A stretch of DNA of 64,000 bases, taken from NCBI GenBank assembly GCA_000708835.1, contig DF237407.1, positions 7,077 through 71,076 on the forward strand. Direction: 5' to 3'. This DNA is from Klebsormidium nitens (Eukaryota > Plantae > Klebsormidiophyceae). Within the stretch, counting starts at the first letter, position 1. Each line of letters opens with the position of its first letter. The notes under the pieces are model-generated. The model had not been told where the DNA came from and did not search any database. It saw nothing but the letters and a program-made list of their open reading frames with translations. Positions 9,001 through 19,000 of the stretch are shown in pieces. Made by a program: the position numbers and the translations under genes.

Positions 9001-11637
9001 GGTTTGGGACTTGGAGGGTTTGGGTTTGGCGGATGCTGCGGTAACGGAAGCGGAGATGGCCTTGCGGGATTGGTCGGCGAGGGTTTGGGGGTTTTGGTCC
9101 CCAAGGATGCTTTTAATGGCGGAGGCGACGTGTTTGGAGGCGACCAGGGTCCTGGAAGAGGGGAATTCTACTTCAGGGATCGTTAGGATTCCAGTGCGGT
9201 CAATCAGTCTCGTTCAGTTCGATGGGAGCCACCGATGAAAGGGACAAGAATCAGGTTAAGGTCAAAAGGAAGAAACTTCATGGAAGAGAAGTGAACCTTT
9301 CAAATGATGTTTTGTCTAAGTCGTGGCAGAAACAGAACCCCCCGCATAGCGCCTTTGCAGAAGGAGCACGGCAGAGAAAGAGCAGAACCATTCTTTTCGC
9401 AGCGATGCAGATATCTGCTCCCAATTCCAGGGACTCTCGTTTTAACAGTGCCTCAGATGGGGGTGTCTTTTGAGCGTCATCACCCACAAGAATCTGACTA
9501 TCAGATGGGACGCGTATTGGCTTCTGACGCACCACTCAAAGAATCTAATTTACTGGCAGGAATAAGAGTTTGCTAATCAACAGCGCCTCAACGAGTGATT
9601 AGCCTTCACAAAACAAACCAGACGCCCCGCTCGTTACCTGACTCGTTCGGCCCCTTTTGACGTGTTTGCAACACGTTTCCCACATCGAAGGGACGGCATA
9701 CCATCCACCTCTCTTTGAAAGCACCCAAATACCCGACAATTTGCTACCAAAACGAGGGGCATTCACATCTCAAAATTGTATGAGATATGCCTCCAGCGCT
9801 CACCCAAACCACTCAGCGACTTTGGATGGCCTTGCGTCAGCGCCACCAAGCACGGGGATCAGCCGCCAGAACACTGCCACGTCAGCCAGCGTCAGCTCCT
9901 TCCCCTCGGAGCCCTTGGCGCCCTGCTCTAGTTGGTCCATCAGGTCGGACGGAAGCTCGGACGGCTTGCCGGAGGAAACTGCGGACAAATAGAAACAGGG
10001 CGGAAACTGAGTACAGAACTTCGGACAACTATTGAACTAATACTCATTTCGAACGGCTTGCCAGAGAAGACTGCGGACATGGAGAAGAGCATTGAAGCTG
10101 CAAACCATCACGTACTCCAAACATTATTTGTATTGAAACTCGACATCAGCTTCGAACAATTCCAGCTTGCCGACTCTCATCTTACGGTGCCAAGCCTAAC
10201 ATGGTCAGCAGATTAAACCTCAAGACCGATTGGAGTCGGAGAGTCGGACCGTCAGCTAGACGAAAGTACGAATACTTGAATAGATAAGCCTGCATCTGGT
10301 AGAAAAGGGTGACTTCATAGTAAAATCTGGACGGAGTCCAGGAACAGACAATTTGTTTGAAAGGGCTGCAAACATGGACAATGGAAATCCTTAACGGCGC
10401 TGACAGCGAGAGAAAGCAAAATTTGTACGGCAAGTGGGCCAGAATGTTCTGGAAGGCAGTTCGCTCGCCAACAGTACTCACCATTTCTTCACCGTCTCTG
10501 CCAAGACTTTGGTAGACGGGTGGACAAGGATTTCGTGATTGCTTAAAATGAAAATGGAGGCAATCTTAGCAGCTACTCAACACGTCTCCTCCCTATGAGT
10601 GTTTCAAAGGGCGCCGTTCAGGCAGCACGGGGGAAGGTGAACAGAGAGTGTCTTGCACAAAGGTCCATAAAGAAAGATAGGTATCCTTGTGACATGAATG
10701 GCTTGCCTGCGGAAACGACGGCCGGATGCAAAGTGGTCTCTGTCCACTCCAGCCATTTCTCAACCGCCAGGTGGTGGGGGGCTCCATAAGCAGGCAGAAA
10801 GGGGCCTGCATAAAAGATAAGCAGTCAGCTCTCAATCTACGCTCTACGCTCGTGCTGAGACTGATCAAAAGATTGCCTGATGATACAGGGCAGAAACAAG
10901 TGGAAATTGGCGCCTGCAGAGATGTTCAAAGTGGACCCTGTAGCACGACAATAGAATGTCCCAGTAAGCGATTGCTGTACGACCTGCACAGTGGGTCCAT
11001 AGGTGACAAGTTCAAACCATGAAAGAGCAACCGTCTATGCATATGTTTGGATGATAGTTGCGCATAGCGTGCAACCATTTCCTCGGGTACTCTGAGAGGC
11101 CTGTCTAACCGATTTAAGAGTATGTAGAAAGTGGAGCGATGACCATGATCGAACAGTGAAATCAGACACCTTGAACTTAACTGTCTCCACAGCGCAGAAT
11201 GTCTAAACATCTCTGCAACCACCCTTGATTCAATTCTCATATTATCACTGGTTCAGTCAAAAGCCCGAGCAAGCACCACTCAGAATCAGACCCCCGCAAA
11301 GTATCAGACCAACATCAACCTCAGTACAACCACCAAAATCCTGAGACATATTGAAGTGTCTGCTATAAAAGTGACCCGTAAAGCACGCTCCCTTACCGGT
11401 GGTCAAACTTGCAATGTATCGCGCGATGGCAATTGGCTCATAGAGCACAAGTCCCTCAGGCCCTGTCAGCAACACCGAGGTGGCATCAGCAAAGGGCGCC
11501 GCTGAGGTTAGCAGCGCGTTGCTGCTCTTGTCCAATGGGGCGTGCTTCAGAGTGACGCCGCACGCTGACGCGGCAACTAGCGCAGGGAGGGCGGCCGTGT
11601 CCCCAGAGGAGAAGAGCAGCGTCAACTCTGGTGCCAT
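73..11637 (-). CDS. MARS1: Cytosolic methionyl-tRNA synthetase with N-terminal GST-like domain; multi-exon, 3' end beyond the left edge
   Basis: Hand-spliced exons (all GT-AG, phases consistent): 11637-11397, 9978-9804, 9151-8736, 8312-8168, 7290-6987, 6080-5850, 4919-4776, 3641-3444, 2509-2288, 1635-1441, 827-693, 181-73. Motifs: [18 protein letters not shown] (HIGH), GTDEYGT, Zn knuckles [55 protein letters not shown] (KMSKS equivalent), [23 protein letters not shown]. Confidence 0.97.
1060..1380 (-). repeat. Three intronic echoes of the 3' end plus donor of MetRS exon 1635-1441
   Basis: Copies at ~1321-1377, ~1200-1260 and ~1080-1140 translate as degraded [19 protein letters not shown]. 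The donors read CTAAG (mutated), GTGAGG and GTAAAG. Confidence 0.9.
2597..2689 (-). repeat. Intronic echo of the first 31 codons of MetRS exon 2509-2288
   Basis: Preceded by its own CCAG acceptor. It encodes the identical peptide [31 protein letters not shown], then diverges and reaches TAG. Confidence 0.95.
4310..5220 (-). repeat. Five echoes flanking MetRS exon 4919-4776
   Basis: 3'-end+GT copies at ~4630-4704, ~4473-4515 and ~4319-4345. AG+5'-end copies at ~4985-5044 and ~5155-5218. Confidence 0.88.
5660..6260 (-). repeat. Echoes on both sides of MetRS exon 6080-5850
   Basis: 5' echo 6255-~6114 ([20 protein letters not shown], then an in-frame TAA). 3' echo ~5775-5668 (degraded [21 protein letters not shown] + GT). 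Confidence 0.9.
6460..7445 (-). repeat. Tandem array (~165-170 bp period) of MetRS Zn-knuckle exon end plus donor, and one 5' echo
   Basis: 3' echoes at ~6828-6910, ~6653-6730 and ~6487-6565, each followed by GTGAGG/GTCAGG and related intron sequence. 5' echo at ~7385-7443 ([16 protein letters not shown]). Confidence 0.92.
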
Positions 11638-13054
11638 GTTGGTTGCCAGAGCTTTGCTGCTTGCAGTGGGAGAAGGTCAAAATGCGTGACGCACTTCCAG
11701 GAACAACCAACAGTCTGGATCTCAATGGCTCATCAGGATTCCGTGACAGGCAACGCACACGCTCTTCCCACAGCTGGATGGCAGATGCGGCTCTCGTCGA
11801 GTTCAACAATCCGCTCCCCCTGCAATTTCAATGGCCAGCAAATGGCCTCGCAATGCCCAGGACATGAAGGCGGTTCTGCTGTACTGTATGTACTATGGAA
11901 ATTTTCGTCATTACTGAACTTCTCAGCACACGCCATACCTAGAATATTGCCCTGTTTCTACATAAAAGGCCGTTTATCGTCGAAACCGGTGAATTTGGTG
12001 ACGGGAGCGCGGGCAAGTGCGGCAGAATCTTTTGACGGATTACCGTAGTCCAAGGTAATGATTCCGAATAAATAAATAATTATTTGCATTCGGAAAACCG
12101 AAAATTCGGATTTTACATTCGGAAAGTGGAAATCCGGAAAGATTAATTATTTCTGAAATGGTCTTCGGAAGCCCGAAAACGGCCAAACTCGGCCTGAAAA
12201 TCCCCTTTCCTAGTGAGAGCATAGGGCATTCGGATTCTTGTCGGAATCAGCATAAATAAATCCACTTTTCTGGTCGGATTGTCGGAAAATAATTCCAATT
12301 AAAATCGTTCGGAATCATCACTTTGGACTACGGTAGCACGTACAGCACTTTATCGAACTGAATCTACGGGCGTTTGGCAAGGCCGTCGAAAGTGTCTTAC
12401 CGGGAGGTCTCAATTGAGCGACCTTTCCACGCCAATATGGGTATCCCTCTGTCGCCGGACTTTACAACTCAGGGCACGGTGGATGAAAGAGAATTCGTCG
12501 CCATCAGTTACCGTAATTTTACCAATCGGTACAATTAGTTTGATTGACCTCCCGGTAGACTCTTAAGAAAGCAAACCGACCACTATACCCCGTCCAAAAG
12601 CCATCCGGCTACCCGGTAGCTCAGCTCGGTACTTCGTTCCGCGCTTCCGGCATCCTTGGCGAAGTTCAGTATCACATCGTAGATTCTTTTGCACCTATAT
12701 CCAGGGCGCTCGAAGGTCCGAAGCCAGCCAATGTATAACCGTCACGGGTCCAGTTCTTAACACCAAATAAGTCCACACGCTCCAAACAGACAACAGTGTC
12801 AGTTCTAGTCGACCCAGAAGGCAACGGTTACGCACCCGTTCGCGACGTCCAAAAGAACCGGCGGGCTGCTTTAGAAGGAATTTACCGTAGGTATGTCCTC
12901 CTTCCTCGATCTCTCTACGCCTTTCTTCAGTCAAGAATCTGAAGCCTGGAAAGGAGCATAAATTTCTTGCAACGACTTGGAAGTTGGAGTGTTGGAGGTT
13001 GGCAAGCTGTGTTGCAAGCCGAGGTTGTCGAAAAGCATCGGGCGTCTGACAGCC
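11638..13054. promoter_or_regulatory. Divergent (bidirectional) upstream region shared by MetRS and PheRS-alpha
   Basis: The start codons at 11637 (-) and 13055 (+) face away from each other, 1417 bp apart, with no supported gene between. Promoter function is inferred from geometry; no TSS is visible. Confidence 0.7.
12043..12333. mobile_element. MITE / non-autonomous Tc1-mariner-type element, 291 bp, TA target duplication
   Basis: Left end taCCGTAGTCCAAGGTAATGATTCCGAA and right end TTCGGAATCATCACTTTGGACTACGGta are inverted repeats (26/28 match including the flanking TA). The AT-rich interior has many TTCGGA/TCCGAA motifs and no ORF. Confidence 0.88.
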
Positions 13055-16000
13055 ATGGCTGCTGCTGAGGATGTCGAAGATCAGCTGTTGCAGCAAGTGG
13101 ATAAGCAGGGCGAGATTGAGGACTCCAGAAAGTTTGCTGAGTCTATTGGGGTGAACCATGACAAGGTGCTGGGGGACACCATCAAGAGCTTGCTTGCTTA
13201 CGAGCTGATCACAACAAAGGTCAGTGCGGGTTGACTTGAATGAAGAAGTGCAAAGACGTTGTCCTGGTGTATTTGGCATGGTGCATTTACGACAGGGCTT
13301 CTGCGAAGGGTGGTGTCTGCAATTTTAAAACATATGCGAAACTTGCATAAGAATTGGACAATGCTGTCTGCAAGAGAGTATGCGAAGGATTGGGATCAGT
13401 AGGTAGAACGCGCTGGAAGGCTTTTGGTAATGGTGGTTGCACAGTGGATTAAATCAGGTGTGCAATGCGCGTGTGTTACTTCCATGAATGATTCAAGACG
13501 AGAATTCCCGGCGGATTGGGTTCCAAACTTAATTAAAGCAAATACTTACTTCCGTGCGCACTTGTGCAAGCTAACAGAAACTTGTGATTGATCGCGATGC
13601 TTCTCATTGTCAAAGTTCTCCTTTGATCAGATTTCTAGATGCTTTCTGTCATCAGAGTGTTGAGCCACATTAATGTGCCAATGTTGTTGCCAACGAAACA
13701 CTATCAGGAAGCTGACGTCAGCTTTCTCAATCATCAGACGGTGGCGCACACCCGTTGGGAGCTGACTGCAGAAGGCCAGCAGTATGCGAAGGATGGGACT
13801 CCGGAGGCGCAGCTTTTCCATGCAGTTCCGGAGCAAGGGACAATCTCCAGGGAGGAGATTGAGGTGAATTGCTTAGACCGCAGCTTTGTTAGCTTGGTCG
13901 AGCAGTTGTTGCTCTTCCAGAAGTTATGCATTTGTAGCTTCAACCTTGACTGTTTCAATTGGTGCCCGCTGTCAACGATTGCATGAGAAGCTTCGCAGTG
14001 TTGAGCAGTGGCGATCCAGCGACTATTGTACTTGTCACATGATGGAATATTCACGAACGAATCGGGCTCAAGAGAAGGGACCACATTTGATAATTCAGGA
14101 AGGCCTCAAATCTTCAGGATATGTGTCGTGCGGACCAGGTACGATTCGAGAGTTCAATTGCATCTTCTGAGTAAACAGCATAGTTCCTGATAGTTCCTGC
14201 GGAGACCCACTTGTTAAGTTTACAATCAAGTATCCTCTCAAAATCAACAGCATCAATGAGTTGGTTCTAGGGTACTTCAAAGCAGGGCAAGTCCCTATTG
14301 TCGGTCCTGCAGTCTGTAAACCATAGAGGATCTTTCAGCGGATACCTGTGACATTTATCAGTCTGTCCTTCGCACTATGTAGAGGCAATCAAATAGTAAG
14401 AAACCGCGCACGCCACTTAAGATTCATTTTATTGGATGGGATCATGGCGGCTGCTTGCAAAGCCCCCTGCTTCAACCTGCTGCGTTAAACACCCAGCGTT
14501 CTGGGACCTGGCCCCCGGCCCAGTTATTGCCCCCAGCACTTTTCTGCGCACCCTGTTGCCGCCCGCCCTCCTTTAGCCGGTCAAAGCCCTGATGATAATG
14601 AAAGCGACTACCTTTAAATGTAGGCCAAGCTGAACAAGGATCTGGTGACCATTGGCTTCAACCGAGCAATGAAAGAGCGGTGGCTAGAGGTGGAAAAGGA
14701 GAAGAAACCGGAGGGAGCCCCTGAGGAGAAGAAGGAAGCGAAGAAGGAGAAAGGGGCAAAGGCTCCCCCCAAGCCACAGATCGTCAAGCGGAAAGTGAGT
14801 TTTTGACTTCCGTGTGGCTCTGCAAACTTTCAGGACAAACATACTCACTTGCTTAGGCATAGGCAGCAAGCAAGAAAATGCAGATGCCAGTAAGCTGGTT
14901 GGCTTCTTGTTGATGGCTGTCGGTCTTAGAATAAAGATCCTGGAGAAGTGACGGCGTGGCTATTATACTGACGCACACCTTCTTTGCAGGTCGCCACGAT
15001 TGACGACATCGTACAGAAGCAGCTGCAATCTGTTGCGGAGGGAAAGGTAAACAATCTTGTCATACTTCTAAAGCTGGTATTGCTGTAACAACGCGAGTAG
15101 TCGAAGAAGCTTGCATTGTAATAAGTATTGTGGGGTTGTTCGTATTGTGAGGGGTGAGAGAGAACGAGTGAAAGTCACGAATCACGAAAGCGAAAGTTCT
15201 TGGTCGCCTAAAAAAGCGGCAAGATCAGCTTGGGCTGGCTGACTTGGGGGCAACCGGCCGAGTTGCACACAAATTGTTCTTCCAAGAAGCCCTGCTGTCC
15301 TTGGCGGCCTCAGCTAGTGTTCACGATATGTCCCGTGTGCTTTTTCAGCCGCCTAAGCACACGCTGAACTGTCTGTACTAAAGCCCGAGTGAAGACTAGA
15401 AATTGACATGGAAGTAATTGTTGCGGCACACAGGAACTTTCGGAGAAGGACCTGAAAGCGCTCCAGTCGCGGAAGCTCGTCGAATTGGTGTAAGCATTCC
15501 GCCGCAGAGCCTCTTCCTCTGTCTGCTCTGTCTTTCGTGCTTCGTTGCTGTTTACGGTGGATACGGGGCAGCAATTCAGTGGGAGGTTTGAACCTTGAAC
15601 GAACGTGTATCCAAGGTGCAGTGATCCCCTTTGCTCTGAGGATCAAATATCATCAATTTCGTTGCTGAAGGATCACTCGTGACTGATACGGGTGTTGCTG
15701 CAGTCGTCATATCGTCACCCTTGCACCTCGCTGGCAACTATATCTCCAGCAGCCGAGCGTAACAGACCTCTGTTGAAAACTGCACCAGGCGGAGCCGAGC
15801 GAGGAGTGCTCCGCCCGGTTTCGAAAGATTACAAATTCTTAAGTCCATCGCAGCTCGGTTGTATTCACACAAGAATGCTGGAATCTTTCCAACCCGTTCG
15901 TCAGCGACCGATGCTCGGAGCCTGTCCTGTTCCTGTCCTGTCTCCCGGAGGTCTGTCCATGGGCTTACGTAAAGCGTCCGAAAAATGAGCGAGCCCCTGT

Positions 16001-19000
16001 TTTGCAGGACATTCAAGAGCTTCGTGATCAGCAAGGGCCCCAAGTTTGCGCTGAAGCGGACCAAGGCGCTGACTGACATGACCAAAGAGATGATGGACAG
16101 GTGAGCGGTCGGTGCGCACTTCGTTCTGACCCAGGTTTTGTAAAGATTCACATCAGCTGGCGCCTTCTTAAGGTTGCGTTTTGGCATGGCGCCCGTCATT
16201 GCAAGATTCATCTCCGTGTATAAGTGACAAAGCTACAGTAGCTGTGCCGCGAAAGATCTGGGGGGCAAGCGAGGCGCTATGACTGCTGAAGTGGGAGGTC
16301 GCGAAGAAAACGTCAAAGTTGGGCGTTGGTGTCTGCGATGCGCGGAGCCGCAGTCGCCGTGGGAGACGGTGATTCCGAGTCGTTCACTTGGGCCGAATAA
16401 ACCGTCCACGAGAGTGGCATGTACGGTTCCTGATTGCCAACAAATCCGCCTACCGTAGTACGTTCGAAGTGCAGAAAGCGTGTTTCTTTGCACCCTGTCC
16501 GCCAAACTCTCTTCAAAAAGCCCCAGGAAGATCGCTCATTCTTTGACTGAATCATATCAGTATGGCTGACGTGCGATTGCGTCACCCTTCAGCTATGCTG
16601 CCGGCCTGATTGGTTATGTTCAATCTTTGTCGCAGCCGAAAGCTTATTCTGAGCCTCTCGTTCCCAATGTTTTGCAAAGCGGACTTTGACAGCCCGTTTG
16701 TCATTCGTTTGTTACAGCAAGGCGTGGAAAGGTGCCACTTTCAAGGACTACAACTTCGCCGCTCTCGGCCTCCCCCCTTCCGGAGGCTCCCTTCACCCCC
16801 TCCTCAAAGTGAGCCGCTGTTCAGTCTGCAAACTTCTGGTGTCGGTACATGTTAAGCCTATGCGAATTCTTCTATGTACTCTCGGAGCGTAGTGAATGAG
16901 AGCGGTGTACCTCAGATTAGCCAATACGCGTTGGCAAGATGAATCCGAATGGACAAGTGTAGCACATGCCGCCGTAAAACTTAAAACTTGCGCTGATACG
17001 ACTATCCTGCGATGCATGATTTTGAGCGCTCCTGCACAAGTGTCTCCCCGGGACATTTCTGCCAATCGTGTTCAAACTGCCTCAGAGTCTAGGCCCTTGG
17101 CAGCTCCGATTGCCGGATGCCTTAGCTTTACGCCAATTTCAACCGGGCTGAATCTTTCCTAGGGCATCTGCTGATTGGAAGCTGTTCCGCAGGTACGAGC
17201 CCAGTTTCGGAAGATCTTCCTTCAAATGGGGTGAGTCAGGAAAGCGGCGGACCGTCTGCCGTTGATTGTCATGCGGAACGATGTGCTCTTCAATGAGCGC
17301 GCAACTTGAGTACTTTCCTGAGAGTCCTTGTCTCCCAGCGGGCAGACCGTTTATAAGAGCTAGCTGAAGTTGCATGGCTGCAAATGGTGGCCATTCCTTC
17401 TTCATTTATTCCCTGTGTCTTTACTTAGATCGCAAGAGGGACGAACAGTTTGTTTCAACACAGCGGGAATGATGTGCTACAGCCATGGCCTTCACTCTTT
17501 CAATACCCCTATCAAAAGCTACCTCAAATGCATTTTCTTCCTTCCCCCTCTTCGCGATTCCCGTCTGAACGCTGGGCCTATGTTTGTGATGCAGATTCGA
17601 GGAGATGCCAACGAACAACTTCGTCGAAAGCAGGTGAGTGGAATGTTTTCAGTATGGTAAACTCCATACCATTCTTAGCGCTGGGAACAGGGCGCTGAAA
17701 AACCTGCCAGCATAGTTTAAAACGAAGGGGTCCTGTCAGTGGTCCTGTGAAGGTTTGAAGTCAGGCTCTCAATCGACAAGAGATGTTCACGTATATGTAA
17801 TGCGGATCGAAGGACGTACTTGAAACCCCCAGAGCTTGCTTACACACGGTTCCCTTCAAATATAGAGGAACAGGCAACCGACGAAAATGATCACTAAGAG
17901 AATGGGAGGAAATGTTTATCCCCAGGTATATTTTCCCGATTTGAACGATCGCACTCTGATACTTATTTTGTGCAACGCCCACAGCTTCTGGAACTTCGAC
18001 GCCCTCTTCCAACCTCAACAGCATCCCGCCAGGGACTCGCACGACACCTTCTTCTTAAAAGGTGAGCCCCGGAATCTCAATACTTCGGCCCTGTTTTCGT
18101 GGAGTCTCACTGACGGAGGATTAATTGTCGAGGATTGAATGGTCCATGAAAAGAACTGGAATACCTAGCATAGATTGCATCGGCACACTCCCGCAGTAAG
18201 TTATGTTGCCGCGCCCAAGAAAGAGGTTGATTTAGCTTGCTTCGTGTCTATTCTTCGGCTGTTTGTGTAGTCTGTCCGCGGACTTGCCCCTCCTTAGGAG
18301 CACTTTGTTCTCGGAAGCCCCTGGTCGACTTCGCCTGGAAGCACGGCCTAAAGAACCAGCAGAAAGGAAGGGGAACGAGATTCTTAGAATATCAAAACCC
18401 CGTCTTCGTGTCGTCTGCAGCCCCTGAGAAGTGCCGGTCAGTACCGGAGGATTACATGAAGCGCGTGAAAGAGATGCACGAACACGGAGGGGGTGGCTCC
18501 CTTGGGTAAGCGCGTCTGATCTTGAATTTTTACCGATTTCAGGACTTCCGTGGCTGATCTTCCCTTCTTGGTTTTTTTTTTCCCAATCCTGAAAGCATCG
18601 TGACGCAGATTCACAAGTACGCTGGTCGGTTCTTATAGCACTCTCAGCTTGGTCGTTCTCTGTTTCATTCGACCAAATCCGCTTTCATTTCACCGGAGTT
18701 AAAAAGGCGGTTTTGGGTGGCTTCTCCTGGGGGGATTGCGCGTCAAAGGAAGGTTTCGCGAACTGCACGACTGGTCAAGCTTTATTGCAGCCAAGACGAG
18801 GGCAAGCACATATTGGTCTGTGTCGCGGCCTGTTTACTTTCCGGCACCTTTGGCGAACAGGATTGTTTCTGTTCCTCCACTCAGCTCAACGAAACTGCCG
18901 TCAACAAAGGTGGAACAAAGTCGAATAAGTACACGATCCCTCTGTAAATGGTTGTTTCCTGGAACGTTTATTTGAACGAGCGAATCCAAGGCTGGTAAGT

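Noticed and set aside
8672-9238. 188-aa plus-strand ORF
   Set aside because: Antisense shadow of MetRS exon 9151-8736.
10926-11240. 104-aa ORF inside the MetRS locus as a possible exon
   Set aside because: No MetRS or GST similarity, and the flanking exons splice in frame without it.
12610-12665. GGTAGCTCAGCTCGGTA, resembling a tRNA 5' half / A-box
   Set aside because: No anticodon arm, T-loop (GTTC) or acceptor stem follows. The same applies to GAGTAGCTCATTGGTA near 30645.
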